Source of the DNA: Candidatus Bathyarchaeota archaeon
Lineage (GTDB): Archaea; Thermoproteota; Bathyarchaeia; 40CM-2-53-6; RBG-13-38-9
NCBI GenBank assembly: GCA_026015225.1
Contig: JAOZGV010000127.1
Coordinates: 1 to 36,781 of the forward strand
Direction of reading: 5' to 3'
DNA: 36,781 nucleotides
The notes beneath the pieces were generated by a model. The model saw only the letters and a program-made list of their open reading frames with translations. It searched no databases and was not told the DNA's origin. Of the stretch, positions 1 to 10,760 are shown in pieces (within the stretch, counting starts at the first letter, position 1; the number at the start of each line of letters is the position of its first letter). The position numbers and the translations under genes were made by a program.

Positions 1-1337
1 GCAATGACTAGTTCCATAGCAATCCTATCTCCCATACTAACAGCTCTGTTATATTTTGCATTAGCATACTGTGAACCTAGTGCCATGTGTACATTAGTAC
101 CCCCACCATGTCTAACTGCTAAATCCTGAGTTTTGAATACAAAATCATAAAAGCTCTCACCTGGAGTGTCATAAACTCCTTGTTTTATTGCTTCAACGTA
201 AGGTTGCTCTTGGAAGGTTATCAGGGTTTGTACACAATACGGTCCTATTAGACCAGGCGGGTCTTCCACTCGCATTAATTCCAATAAAGCATCGGCAATT
301 GGGTAAATTTTTCTAAGCAATGATTCCCTTAAGCTGATCATTGAATGTGCAGTTACTTCAAAACTAATAGGATAATTTGTCTTTAACCAATCAACCTTTA
401 TTTGTTCCTTAGCTAGCATTCTTAGAACGCCATCTAATGTAGTTTCTCTTCTTTCATCTATTGAAAGAAACTCATTAGCGAGTTTCCATTTCTTGATATG
501 CTTTTCTAAATCACCCCAATTTTCACTTGCATAAATTGGCGAGTAAAAAAAGTTAAAGTTAGCAGTTACACCAGGGACATATTCTTCCACTCTTCCATCT
601 TTCAAATCTTCATGTAGAATCTGTCCAGCAGCGACCTCTTTTTTTATTTCTTCTATCAAACTATTACCATCAGAGGCAAAAATGAATCCTCTTTCAAATC
701 TTCTTGCTGCATGGGGGATCTTCATAACAACTGGTTTGTCAATATTATTTTTAAAAGATATTCCTTCATCAGTCACTTCGTAATTAAACTCCATTGGATG
801 AGGGACTTCTGCTTTCTCCAAATACCAATAGTAATTTTTTTTAACTTCCTCTCTATTTTCTATCTTGAGTAGATTTCTTGATCCGAATATCGGTACATGA
901 AAATCATTCTCGATTCTAGAACAAGCTTCTCCTCCGACATAAACAGAGAAAGCCCTATTTGGAATGTGTATCCCTTCTAATTCTAACAAAGCATCCTGTA
1001 TTTCGGGCTTCAATACATCATCATAATTCTCAACTAATAGTATTGCTTCTTTCCAATTTCTTTCTCTCTTATTAACTACTTCTTGGATATCTTCGGTAAC
1101 AAGAATGTCTTTACTTGTTTGAGTTGGTAAATCATCTATGATTTTATCTAACTCACCTACTCTCGGCTCTCTGAAGTAAATTTCAGATCTCTCTTTTGTA
1201 ACATAGACTAAACTCTTCAAACCATAGCTTCTTAAACCGGCTAAAGCATCTAAGGCTGAATGGGAGCCTAGAACAACTCCAATTGGATTGCGATATTTTC
1301 CCGCGATCTCTTGCATTTCTTCTCTATTAATCATCAT
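1..1337 (-). CDS. purP: 5-formaminoimidazole-4-carboxamide ribonucleotide (FAICAR) synthetase PurP, ATP-grasp; C-terminus runs off the left edge
   Basis: This minus-strand frame is open from ATG-ATG at 1337/1334 to position 1. It is absent from the ORF track because no stop lies in the window. The hand translation MMINREEMQEIAGKYRNPIGVVLGSHSALDAL...AVRHGGGTNVHMALGSQ...SMGDRIAMELVIA matches remembered archaeal PurP features (GSHS N-terminus, GGTN and SMGxRIA near the C-terminus). It is the last gene of the pur string. Confidence 0.85.
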   Translation of the reverse strand, partial: MMINREEMQEIAGKYRNPIGVVLGSHSALDALAGLRSYGLKSLVYVTKERSEIYFREPRVGELDKIIDDLPTQTSKDILVTEDIQEVVNKRERNWKEAILLVENYDDVLKPEIQDALLELEGIHIPNRAFSVYVGGEACSRIENDFHVPIFGSRNLLKIENREEVKKNYYWYLEKAEVPHPMEFNYEVTDEGISFKNNIDKPVVMKIPHAARRFERGFIFASDGNSLIEEIKKEVAAGQILHEDLKDGRVEEYVPGVTANFNFFYSPIYASENWGDLEKHIKKWKLANEFLSIDERRETTLDGVLRMLAKEQIKVDWLKTNYPISFEVTAHSMISLRESLLRKIYPIADALLELMRVEDPPGLIGPYCVQTLITFQEQPYVEAIKQGVYDTPGESFYDFVFKTQDLAVRHGGGTNVHMALGSQYANAKYNRAVSMGDRIAMELVI

Positions 1338-1411
1338 TTATACTCCTGGCTTGTTGTCCCACAATTAGATATATTTGTATATTTATCCTTTTTGCATACT
1401 ACATCCATTAA

Positions 1412-2476
1412 TTATATTTTCAGAGTTCTATTTTCAATCTCAATTCTTACACCTGATTCCTGAGTAATTTCGCCTATCAGAAAAGATCTAGTTCCAATTT
1501 TTTCACAATGAGATATAATATCTTCATAACAGTCTTTTGGGGCAATAATACAAATTCCAACGCCCATATTGAAAGTTTTAAACATTTCTTCATCACTAAT
1601 TTTACCCTTCTCTTGGATCAATCTAAATATTGGCTTTGGTGGAGGCAATTCTTCTAATAGGAATCCTACCTCTGAATAGTCTTTAAAACGCTTTAACTTA
1701 CTGAATGCACCGCCTGTAATATGAGCAATTCCATGTACTTCATAATTAGATACAACTGAAAGAATTTCTTGAACATAAATCTTAGTGGGAGTCAGGAGTT
1801 CCTCGCCTAAGGTTTTATCTAATTCGTCAATGAATTTATATATTTTCAGACCGGCTGCTTCCAACAATACTTTTCTTGCCAAAGTAAAACCGTTACTATG
1901 AATGCCACTACTCTCAAGTCCAATGATTGCATCACCGACACTTATTTTGCTTCCATCAATTATTTTATCAATATTTACCATCCCAGCACCTAACGCTGCA
2001 AGGTCGAATCCCAGACCAGGTACCGCTCCTTTTATGACATCGGGCATAACTGCGGTCTCACCACCCAATATGGCTACGCGAGCTTCTTCAGCTCCTTTTG
2101 CTAGACCTTTCATAATTTCAGTTATTATTTTTTCATCTGATCTTTCAATCGCAAGATAATCAAGTAAAACCATAGGCTCAACGCCCATACATAAAAGGTC
2201 ATTGACACACATAGCAACGCAGTCTATTCCAATAGTGTCGAATTTTCTCATCAGTTGTGATATTAAGACTTTCGTTCCACAGCCATCACTGTGAAAAGCT
2301 AAAGCTTTTCCATTTCCAATATCAATTAGTGAGGCATAATGCCCAAATTTTCCGAAGACCCTGCCAAGTTTATTATTTCCATAATTTCTCGTCTTTTCAA
2401 TTATAGCACCTATCTTATTCTGAGCTCTTTTGATCTTTTTTATATCTACCCCTGTTCTTGCATATGTCCAACTCAA
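1412..2476 (-). CDS. purM: Phosphoribosylformylglycinamidine cyclo-ligase (AIR synthetase)
   Basis: 354-aa ORF with PurM-like blocks (HSDGCGTK, GIDCVAMCVNDL, GGETA). It lies inside the pur operon. Confidence 0.92.
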   Translation of the reverse strand: MSWTYARTGVDIKKIKRAQNKIGAIIEKTRNYGNNKLGRVFGKFGHYASLIDIGNGKALAFHSDGCGTKVLISQLMRKFDTIGIDCVAMCVNDLLCMGVEPMVLLDYLAIERSDEKIITEIMKGLAKGAEEARVAILGGETAVMPDVIKGAVPGLGFDLAALGAGMVNIDKIIDGSKISVGDAIIGLESSGIHSNGFTLARKVLLEAAGLKIYKFIDELDKTLGEELLTPTKIYVQEILSVVSNYEVHGIAHITGGAFSKLKRFKDYSEVGFLLEELPPPKPIFRLIQEKGKISDEEMFKTFNMGVGICIIAPKDCYEDIISHCEKIGTRSFLIGEITQESGVRIEIENRTLKI

Positions 2477-2524
2477 AGTAATATTTCCTTCTTTTCTGGT
2501 CGCTATAATTCATTTAGTTTTATT

Positions 2525-3940
2525 CTATTCTTCTTCCCAATATCTTGTTTTTTTCCGATTAGTCCTGTACTTTAGTTTATCAGATAGTTCCTGAGCTAGA
2601 GGTGTGGGATATTCCCCAGTTAAACAACCTAAACACAGATCTTCTTTTGGCATACCAATAGCATCCACCAATCCATCAATTTTTTGATAGCCTAATGTAT
2701 CTGCATTAAACGATTTTCTTATCTCTTCTATTTTTTTATCGCAAGCTACTAGTTCATTATGAATTGCAATATCTATTCCATAAAAGCATGGGGAAATTAT
2801 TGGTGGACAGGTTACTCTAACATGCACTTCTTTAGCACCAGATTTTCTGACCATGCTAATAATATTTCTTAAAGTAGTACCACGAACGATGCTATCATCT
2901 ACTAATAGTACCCTCTTATCACTCAACACAGTTTTTAATGGATTTAATTTGATCCTTACTGCACCATCCCTCTCCTTTTGTCTCGGCATTATGAAAGTTC
3001 TTTGAACATATCGATTTTTAATTAGCCCCTCAGCTACAGGAATTCCACTTTCGTGAGATAGTCCCTCGGCTGCAGTTCTTGAAGTGTCCGGAACCGGTAT
3101 GATAATGTCTGCATCATTTTTGTATGTTTTTGCTAGATTTATACCGAGCTTGTACCTCACGCTGTAAACACTCCTCCCATCCAATATTGAGTCGGGTCTA
3201 CTGAAGTAAACATATTCAAACATGCAATGTGATCTTCTATTATAGGAGGCGTATCGCTTCCTCTGAACCCCATTTTCATCAGCTATCGCCATTTCTCCGG
3301 GTTGGATATCTCTGGATAGATTTATATGATTAATATCCAGAGCTATACTTTCAGATGAAAAAGCAACAATACCTTCAGCCTCTCCTTCACAAAGTGGTCT
3401 AAAACCGTATGGATCTCTTATAGCGATAACTTTTCCATCATTAGTTAACAAAGCTAATGAAAAAGCTCCTTCTAGCTTTTCAACGGAATTCTTAATTGCT
3501 TCGAATATATCCCCTGTCTGTTCTTTTTCCCTCATCAACAAAGATAAAATTATTTCAGAATCATTTCGGGTCCTGAGCTTGATCCCATCTTTTTTTAATT
3601 GATTCCTCAGTATCATATTATTAACTAAATTACCATTATGCGCAATTGATAATGTCTTTTTAGATATTGGCTGCGCATCCACAAGCGTAGATCTACCAGC
3701 CGTTGAGTATCTGACATGCCCAATCCCTATTTTACTGTTAAACTTCTTCATTTTTTCGAGGATTTTTTCATTAACTAACCCATAGGCTTTAATGGTTTTA
3801 ATTTGTGATCTACGACATAATGATATACCTGCTGATTCTTGACCACGATGATGCAAAGCCATTAATCCAAGATATATGTCATAGACGACATTCTTATTGT
3901 TGTAATCATATATTCCGAATACTCCACAACTTTCTCGCAT
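2525..3940 (-). CDS. purF: Amidophosphoribosyltransferase
   Basis: 471-aa ORF with an N-terminal nucleophile context (MRESCGVFGI). It has the PRTase loop VLLVDDSIVRGTT and C-terminal Cys residues typical of the Fe-S type PurF. Confidence 0.93.
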   Translation of the reverse strand: MRESCGVFGIYDYNNKNVVYDIYLGLMALHHRGQESAGISLCRRSQIKTIKAYGLVNEKILEKMKKFNSKIGIGHVRYSTAGRSTLVDAQPISKKTLSIAHNGNLVNNMILRNQLKKDGIKLRTRNDSEIILSLLMREKEQTGDIFEAIKNSVEKLEGAFSLALLTNDGKVIAIRDPYGFRPLCEGEAEGIVAFSSESIALDINHINLSRDIQPGEMAIADENGVQRKRYASYNRRSHCMFEYVYFSRPDSILDGRSVYSVRYKLGINLAKTYKNDADIIIPVPDTSRTAAEGLSHESGIPVAEGLIKNRYVQRTFIMPRQKERDGAVRIKLNPLKTVLSDKRVLLVDDSIVRGTTLRNIISMVRKSGAKEVHVRVTCPPIISPCFYGIDIAIHNELVACDKKIEEIRKSFNADTLGYQKIDGLVDAIGMPKEDLCLGCLTGEYPTPLAQELSDKLKYRTNRKKTRYWEEE

Positions 3941-3964
3941 TAAATTTTTACCTCAGGCGAAAAT

Positions 3965-6160
3965 CTAATTTATGTACTTTTGAATTCCATTTTTCCAACA
4001 TTTTCTCATCTTTTTTATTTCACAATTTGCTATAGTCTCTTTTCCAATTGAGAATTTTATTGTTCCTTCATCATTAGTTTTCCCAATTAATGATACTGAA
4101 GCGTTATTATCCTTACATATTTTCAAAATCTTACCTACGTCTTCTATTCTTGAGGAAACTATAAACCTGCCATGGGATTCTGAAAATAGTAATTCGTATG
4201 GATTCATGCTCGTCTTAGGAATCTTTTTTATATCTACGATTGCTCCGAATCCACCATTAATTGCCATTTTTGCTAATGCTATTGCCAAACCCCCTTTTGA
4301 ACAGTCATGCGAAGCTGTTATGTAACCTTTTCTAATGGAGGATAAGACAGCATTCATAGAAGCTTTTTCTCTATCGTGTTTAGCGTTGGCTACTTTCCCA
4401 CCTATTCCATTAAAGCGAATACTAAATTGACTGCCTCCAATCTCATTATATGTCTTTCCGATAATAATGATTGCTTGATTACTTTCCTTTAAGCCTAGTG
4501 TCGTTATATGATTTAAATCGTCTATTAAACCGAGTGCGGCTATAACTATAGTTGGCTTAACAGCGGTACTAGTTCTTTCATCTTCATTATAAAAACTTAC
4601 ATTTCCTCCGATGCAGGGAATATCCAACCCATTTAACATATAAGATAGCCCATCTATAGATCTTTTAAATTGCCAGAATACTTCTGGATTCTCAGGGTTC
4701 CCAAAATTGCAACAATCAGCTATTGCAATTGGCTCTGCGCCTGTAACAACGATATTTCTAATTGATTCTGCCACAGCCCCAGCATGACCATAATAAGGAT
4801 CGAGATAAGTATGAAAGCTATTACAATCAGTTTTCATTGCTATTGCTTTATTTTTCCCTAAAATCCTAAGAACCGCGGCATCAGCTTCTCCAGGCCTTAT
4901 AACAGTTCTGATTCCGACTTCATGATCGTACTGCTGGTAGATATATTGTTTGCTTGCTATTGTGGGCATCATCAATAATTCATAAATAGCTTGAGAAAGA
5001 TTCTTTGGTTTTTGTTTTAATTCAAATTTTTTAGGAAATTTTTTCAAATAGTTAGGTTTTCTACTTTTTCTTCTAATTGGAGGCACTTCGGTTAAAATTT
5101 TAGGGGGGAGAGAAGCAATTATTTGCTTATCCTTTTTAACAACAACTTTTTTAGTATTTGTGACCTTACCAATTATTGAGTATTTAATTTCCCATTTATC
5201 GAAAATCTTTAGTATTTTATTTAATCCTTCAGGCTTTATAACAAATAACATTCTTTCTTGAGATTCAGAAATCATTAATTCAAAAGGAGCCATATCAGCT
5301 TCCCTTATATGTATTTTATCAATATTTATTTCTGCACCGACTCCCCCTTTGTCGGACATTTCCGAAAGAGCACATGTCAATCCCCCTCCGCCGAGATCCT
5401 TAAGACCTCTGACATATCTCGTAGAAAGTGCCTCTAGAGTGGCTTCAATGACAATTTTCTTCATAAATGGATCTCCAACTTGTACGGAAGGTCTGTCTTC
5501 TTCTGATCTTTCATCTATGGTTTTTGATGCAAAAGTAACGCCATGTATACCATCTCTACCAGTTGATCCCCCCAATAGAACCAAAATATCTCCGGGATTC
5601 TCCATTTTGCCAAGGACGATATTTTCCTTTTTTCCAATACCAGAGCAAGCTACATTAACAAGACAGTTTCTTTCGAAACTAGGATCGAATTCAATCTCGC
5701 CTGCTACAGTAGGTATACCACAACAATTACCATAATCTGCTATTCCCCTAATTACATTCTGAAATAACCATCTGTTATGACCTTTTTCTAGTTTACCGAA
5801 TCTCAAAGAATCTAAAAGAGCTATGGGTCTGCAATTCGTACACAGGATATCCCTTATAATTCCGCCAATACCTGTTGCGGCTCCATTATATGGATCGATC
5901 GCTGATGGGTGGTTATGACTTTCTATTTTGAAAGCTACAACATCTCCATCCCCGAGATCCACTATTCCCGAATCAAATCCAGGCCCAACAATTACCCTCC
6001 TTCCTTTAGTTGGAATTTTCTTTAACTCAAGTTTACTACTTTTATAGGAGCAATGTTCTGACCACATCACATCTATCATTCCAAGTTCAACAATGTTTGG
6101 TTCTCTACCTAGAAGTATTTTCACCTGATTAAGTTCATTGGAGGTGAGATTTATTTTCAA
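3965..6160 (-). CDS. purL: Phosphoribosylformylglycinamidine synthase subunit II (small PurL)
   Basis: 731-aa ORF with SEHCSYKSS and duplicated PurM-like domains. It is adjacent to purQ and purS, as in three-subunit FGAM synthases. Confidence 0.93.
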   Translation of the reverse strand: MKINLTSNELNQVKILLGREPNIVELGMIDVMWSEHCSYKSSKLELKKIPTKGRRVIVGPGFDSGIVDLGDGDVVAFKIESHNHPSAIDPYNGAATGIGGIIRDILCTNCRPIALLDSLRFGKLEKGHNRWLFQNVIRGIADYGNCCGIPTVAGEIEFDPSFERNCLVNVACSGIGKKENIVLGKMENPGDILVLLGGSTGRDGIHGVTFASKTIDERSEEDRPSVQVGDPFMKKIVIEATLEALSTRYVRGLKDLGGGGLTCALSEMSDKGGVGAEINIDKIHIREADMAPFELMISESQERMLFVIKPEGLNKILKIFDKWEIKYSIIGKVTNTKKVVVKKDKQIIASLPPKILTEVPPIRRKSRKPNYLKKFPKKFELKQKPKNLSQAIYELLMMPTIASKQYIYQQYDHEVGIRTVIRPGEADAAVLRILGKNKAIAMKTDCNSFHTYLDPYYGHAGAVAESIRNIVVTGAEPIAIADCCNFGNPENPEVFWQFKRSIDGLSYMLNGLDIPCIGGNVSFYNEDERTSTAVKPTIVIAALGLIDDLNHITTLGLKESNQAIIIIGKTYNEIGGSQFSIRFNGIGGKVANAKHDREKASMNAVLSSIRKGYITASHDCSKGGLAIALAKMAINGGFGAIVDIKKIPKTSMNPYELLFSESHGRFIVSSRIEDVGKILKICKDNNASVSLIGKTNDEGTIKFSIGKETIANCEIKKMRKCWKNGIQKYIN

Positions 6161-6189
6161 TTCGTTTATCGTTGGCAGATTTTTCCCCT

Positions 6190-6882
6190 CTATTTTTTAG
6201 AGTATTCAATCATGGATTCAAAGATCATCAATCCATCATTGCTACACTGGGGGCTAATAGCAGATTCTGAAGCTCTTTCTGGATGCGGCATGAGACCGAC
6301 TACATTTCTTTCAAGATTGCATATTCCAGCGATATTCTCCATTGAACCATTTGGATTGAAATCATCTGTGGAATTGCAAACATACTTGAATATTATCTGT
6401 TCATTTTCATAAAGTTCTTTAATTCCATGTTTTTCGTTTACATATCTTCCTTCTGAATGAGCTACTGGCATCCGTAGAATCTTATCTTTTTGAATTAATG
6501 TAGTGGCAGAAGACTTGTTAGAACTAACTTGGAGTGTAACCCATTTACAAACAAAAGTTAAGCAATCATTCATTAGAAGGGCGCCTGGCAATATTCCAGA
6601 TTCTACTAATATTTGAAAACCATTGCAAATACCTAATACAGCCTTACCCTCATTGACCATTTCCTTTAGTTCTCTCATCGCTGGACTTTGGGCTGCAATC
6701 GCTCCTGCGCGAAGATAATCACCATATGAAAAACCTCCAGGAAGAATGGCAAAATCATAATTGTTATGTCTGAAATATCGATGCCAAACTAAATCGGCTT
6801 TTATTCCGAGTTGTTTATTTAATACATATAGTACATCATAATCGCAGTTAGAACCAGGAAATTGAATGACTGCGGCCCTCAT
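6190..6882 (-). CDS. purQ: Phosphoribosylformylglycinamidine synthase glutaminase subunit
   Basis: 230-aa class I GATase with FPGSNCDYD, catalytic GICNGFQ and a C-terminal MPHPE. Confidence 0.92.
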   Translation of the reverse strand: MRAAVIQFPGSNCDYDVLYVLNKQLGIKADLVWHRYFRHNNYDFAILPGGFSYGDYLRAGAIAAQSPAMRELKEMVNEGKAVLGICNGFQILVESGILPGALLMNDCLTFVCKWVTLQVSSNKSSATTLIQKDKILRMPVAHSEGRYVNEKHGIKELYENEQIIFKYVCNSTDDFNPNGSMENIAGICNLERNVVGLMPHPERASESAISPQCSNDGLMIFESMIEYSKK

Positions 6883-7145
6883 TCTATATTACCTTTAGCC
6901 ACAATTTTGCACGAATGGACTACAGGATTATATATCCTAAGATCATTGCACATTTTATATACAATTTTTTCTGCATCATTTTTAGATTGAGCATTTACAT
7001 TAAGACGCAAATATTTTCCTGATCTAACACTCAGAATCTCATCATATCCGCTTTTGTTAATTAACTCTCTGTAAATTGTCTCACCTTCTGGATCTTTTGC
7101 TAATTTTTTATTTTCAATGATTACCTCGACAAGATAATTCGGCAT
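6879..7145 (-). CDS. purS: FGAM synthase subunit PurS
   Basis: 88-aa ORF whose stop overlaps the purQ start by 4 nt. Size and position are typical of PurS. Confidence 0.85.
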   Translation of the reverse strand: MPNYLVEVIIENKKLAKDPEGETIYRELINKSGYDEILSVRSGKYLRLNVNAQSKNDAEKIVYKMCNDLRIYNPVVHSCKIVAKGNIE

Positions 7146-7511
7146 CTTTTATCTAAACCGCCCTTACTGGATAGTTAAAACTAGTCATTTTTTATTCTTT
7201 CCTAAGAAAGTAGTATTTTACATAAATTTCCGGTAAAATCGATAATCGCAAAAAAATTTTTAGGGGCAGATTCGGCATTTATCCTCTTCCTTTAAAGAAA
7301 CTGGGTTGTTGTATATTTCTGAATTCGGTTATATTAGAATTTCTTTAAATATTTTTGTTATTCTAATACCCTTTTTTTAACATATTTAGATCGATATCTA
7401 TGTAGCCAATATTGATATGCCCCGGGATGTAATGATCGTCGTGATATGGGGTAAAATACTTAAGATTTAGGTCTTCTAAAGATTATAAAAAAGAGTTAAT
7501 CGGGACGTCAA

Positions 7512-9110
7512 ATGGCAAATATTATTGTTAGTCCAGATAATAAGATTGCTAAACTCAAAGAAGGCAAGACTCTTCTCTCTTATTTGCAGGAGCTTGAGAC
7601 AAATATACATGCTCGCTGTGGCGGACGGGGCACTTGTAAAGGATGCATTGTAAAAGTTAGTGCTAATAAAAATTTGAGTTCATTAACTGAGATAGAAAAA
7701 AAAGCTATTCAAAGAAAAGGATTTAGACTTGCTTGCCAAGCGAAGATAACTAAGGAAGATGAGGATATATTTATAGAAATTCCATTATATACGAAATTCA
7801 AAATTCTAGAAAGAGGAAAGGTAAAAAGAATACCTCTTAATCCGTTTATTAAAAAAATGCCCACTTCCTTAGGTGAGAGAATCTTCTGGGAGAAAAGAGA
7901 GATTGGGGCTTATGATGGTGAGATTTATGGATTGGCTTTAGATATCGGAACTACGACCCTCTCTATGGTTTGGATAGATTTAGAGAAAGGCAATGAACTT
8001 TTTGTTTCGTCGATGCTTAATCCTCAGTTTAGATATGGCGATAATATCATCGATAGGATAAATTATGCAAAGATCGGTAGACAAAAGCATCTTGAGAGGG
8101 CAATAAGGGAAGGAGTGAATGAAATGATTAAAGAGGTGCCTTTGGATAGCGAAAAAATCTATGAATTGGTTATAGTCGGGAATACAGCAATGAGAGATAT
8201 ATTTGTTGGCAACTCAGTTGAAAAGCTCGGGGAATCGCCTTTTGAACCAATTACTCTAAAACCAGTAAATAAAATTGCTAATGAATTGAATTTAGTACTC
8301 AATCCAAAAGCTAATGTTTATGCATTTCCATTAATTGGTCATTTTGTAGGCGCTGATGCTTTAGGAGCAATCCTAGCAACTGAAATTCATACGAAAACTG
8401 AAATTTCAATGATGATAGACATTGGAACTAATACTGAGATCGCTTTAGGAAATAAAGACGGCATAGTTGTAACTTCTTGTGCTTCTGGACCAGCATTTGA
8501 GGGATCAGGTATAAAGTGTGGAATTGGAGCGGTTGAAGGAGCAATACAAATGATAGATATAACGGAAAATTTAGAGATTAATTATAATACCATCAATAAT
8601 GCTCCACCAATTGGAATATGTGGTTCAGGATTGATAGATATTCTTGCAAATATGCTCGAGAGAAAAATAATAGACTGGACTGGGAAGTTCATAAAAGATA
8701 ATAAAAAATTTGTTATTTCTGAAAAGAATAAAATATTCCTTGATGGTGAAGATATCGACAATTTAAAACTTGCTAAAGCAGCAATATCGGTTGGAGCAAA
8801 GTTTGTATCAAGAGATCTAAATATCGAAATCGATGATATAAAGAAATTATATTTAGCTGGGGCTTTTGGAACATACATAAACCGTGAGAATGCTTTAAAG
8901 ATCGGCTTGTTGCCAAATATTCCACTGGAAAGAATTGAAAAAGTAGGAAATGCTGCTATGGAGGGGGCAAGACAGGCGCTTATATCCAAAGAGAAAAGAA
9001 GAGAAGCTGAAGAGATTCCAAAAAAAATAAGACATATCAGACTAGAGATGGAGAAAGATTTTCATGATAGATTTGTTGAAGAACTGTGCTTTGAAAAATA
9101 CAGACCATAA
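7512..9110 (+). CDS. Corrinoid reductive activase, RACo/COG3894-like (N-terminal plant-type 2Fe-2S ferredoxin domain plus ASKHA ATPase domain)
   Basis: 532-aa ORF. The N-terminus carries CGGRGTCKGC...LACQ (a 2Fe-2S Cys pattern). ASKHA phosphate motifs follow (ALDIGTTT, MIDIGTNTE, GSGLID). It sits next to corrinoid and CODH/ACS genes. Confidence 0.8.
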   Translation: MANIIVSPDNKIAKLKEGKTLLSYLQELETNIHARCGGRGTCKGCIVKVSANKNLSSLTEIEKKAIQRKGFRLACQAKITKEDEDIFIEIPLYTKFKILERGKVKRIPLNPFIKKMPTSLGERIFWEKREIGAYDGEIYGLALDIGTTTLSMVWIDLEKGNELFVSSMLNPQFRYGDNIIDRINYAKIGRQKHLERAIREGVNEMIKEVPLDSEKIYELVIVGNTAMRDIFVGNSVEKLGESPFEPITLKPVNKIANELNLVLNPKANVYAFPLIGHFVGADALGAILATEIHTKTEISMMIDIGTNTEIALGNKDGIVVTSCASGPAFEGSGIKCGIGAVEGAIQMIDITENLEINYNTINNAPPIGICGSGLIDILANMLERKIIDWTGKFIKDNKKFVISEKNKIFLDGEDIDNLKLAKAAISVGAKFVSRDLNIEIDDIKKLYLAGAFGTYINRENALKIGLLPNIPLERIEKVGNAAMEGARQALISKEKRREAEEIPKKIRHIRLEMEKDFHDRFVEELCFEKYRP

Positions 9111-9114
9111 TTTT

Positions 9115-10059
9115 CTAAATTTTACCTAATTTTAATCTGTCATTTATCTTAATGATTTTCCCTTCTTCAGTCAATTCCTTTATGTAAAGATTAAGAGCTT
9201 TGGTAGAATCACAAGCCTTTGCTGAATTATTCCAATTCCCTGGTCCATTGACAATTATTTCCTCTAATTTCTTAATTTTAATTTCTTTAGTATCTGAAAT
9301 TATTTTTAGAATGGCCTTTTTTGTGGTAATGAAACCACATGCTTCAAAAATAGCATCTTTTAGCAGATCGGCGGCCTCTTGCATTAAAGGACAGAGGGGG
9401 TCCATTTCTGCTTTACAACAGTTTCCTTCTCCTTCATTACTATGTTCATCATAGATCTTTTTAATGAGGGACTCTCTATTGCCGTAAGGAAAATTTATTA
9501 ATTTTTTACCTACACTATTTGCAGTACCGCCCGGGCTATCTCTTATTACTTTTACATCTTTTATTATTTTTTTATCTTTATCTAATTTTATCTCAAATTT
9601 CGGCCTGCCAAATTTTTTAGCAAATTCATTAATTAACTCATTATCACTCTGGTTTAGGGTACAGAATGGTTCAGGGAATTCTACATATATTCCTCTTTTT
9701 TCTAAATCATCCTGTACTGTTTTTTTGGCTTCGGGTGCCATTTTTCGATCATCTATAGGATATAAAACTGCTTTTACTCCAAGTCTTTCTGCTATTGGAG
9801 GAATTAGATCCCCTAGTTTTGAATGTATGCCCAATACTAGTAATAGATCGCATTTTTCTATCGGCAAATCTTTTGGGATATATTTCTCTGGTTCTTCCCA
9901 AATTTTTTCCCAGATGTTTTCTTGGTTATTGTGTTCGTCCTCTATAGTCTCGGGTTTGAGTTCATATAAATTGATTATATTATCTCCAAAGCCCTTCAGG
10001 GCAATATTATTTATCATCTGCTCTCCGAATGGTCCGCGATAAATTATGTATATTTTCAT
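9115..10059 (-). CDS. DUF166/COG1810-like protein, paralog A, with a C-terminal extension of about 75 aa
   Basis: 314-aa ORF, clearly paralogous to ORF 10761-11492. Shared blocks are LVLG..LIP, AVLYPIDD, FPEPFCTL, FAKKFGRP and VIRDSP. Its ATG overlaps the stop of the corrinoid gene (ATGA at 10056-10059). The family name is recalled from memory and is not verified. Confidence 0.65.
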   Translation of the reverse strand: MKIYIIYRGPFGEQMINNIALKGFGDNIINLYELKPETIEDEHNNQENIWEKIWEEPEKYIPKDLPIEKCDLLLVLGIHSKLGDLIPPIAERLGVKAVLYPIDDRKMAPEAKKTVQDDLEKRGIYVEFPEPFCTLNQSDNELINEFAKKFGRPKFEIKLDKDKKIIKDVKVIRDSPGGTANSVGKKLINFPYGNRESLIKKIYDEHSNEGEGNCCKAEMDPLCPLMQEAADLLKDAIFEACGFITTKKAILKIISDTKEIKIKKLEEIIVNGPGNWNNSAKACDSTKALNLYIKELTEEGKIIKINDRLKLGKI

Positions 10060-10736
10060 TTTTGCGCCTCAATGAATTTTTCGCATTTTCTTAATCCATC
10101 TATACTATCTTTGCCAAATGCATCAGCACCAATTTTCATTGCAAAGTCTTCGGTCAATGCTTTCCCACCAACTATCACTTTTACCTTTTCTCTCAAATTT
10201 TCCTTTTCTAGCTGATCAATTACTTCACCCATATGAGAGATGGTTGATGTTAAAAGCGCAGACATACCTAGAATGTTAGGGTTTTCTTCCTTTACCTTTT
10301 CAATAAATAATTCTTTTCCTACATCCACTCCTAAATCTGTAACTTTGAAACCATTAGATTCGAGTGTTATTGTAAATATCATCTTACCTATATCGTGAAC
10401 GTCACCTTTTACAGTTCCAATCACTACTGAACCTCTAGTTTTGATAGTTTTTTTGAAATATTTCTTTAGTATTTCGACTGCCTTTTTCATATTTTTTCCT
10501 GATACGATTAAGTCTGATGTAAAGTATCTCTGGAATTTTTGATCTTCGAAGCCTTTACCTATCTCGTCTAATCCTAAAGACAGTTCGTTGAAAATATCGT
10601 AAGGATCCATGCCTTGATCCAATTTATTTTGGCAATATTCTTTTATTTTATCCCCTTTGAAATCAAGTAGTACTTCTATGAGTCTTCTTATTTCATTTTT
10701 TTTGGACATTCTTTTAAGCACCAGGAAATTCGACAA
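10056..10736 (-). CDS. Cobalamin-binding corrinoid protein (B12-binding cap plus Rossmann domain; MtaC/MtbC-like architecture)
   Basis: 226-aa ORF with GDVHDIGK (DxHxxG), SALLTST and VGGKAL, preceded by a helical cap region. The track start is TTG at 10736. An in-frame ATG at 10709 (MSKKNE...), with GGTG about 10 nt upstream, is an equally plausible start. Confidence 0.85.
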   Translation of the reverse strand: MSNFLVLKRMSKKNEIRRLIEVLLDFKGDKIKEYCQNKLDQGMDPYDIFNELSLGLDEIGKGFEDQKFQRYFTSDLIVSGKNMKKAVEILKKYFKKTIKTRGSVVIGTVKGDVHDIGKMIFTITLESNGFKVTDLGVDVGKELFIEKVKEENPNILGMSALLTSTISHMGEVIDQLEKENLREKVKVIVGGKALTEDFAMKIGADAFGKDSIDGLRKCEKFIEAQK

Positions 10737-10760
10737 TTATTTGATGTTTTTCTTAAATTA

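Noticed and set aside
7415-7460. A GC-richer patch (GCCCCGGGATGTAATGATCGTCGTGATATGGGG), considered as a tRNA fragment or C/D-box sRNA.
   Set aside because: There is no cloverleaf. There is no proper C box (RUGAUGA) or D box (CUGA) pair. Only a stem of about 6 bp is possible.
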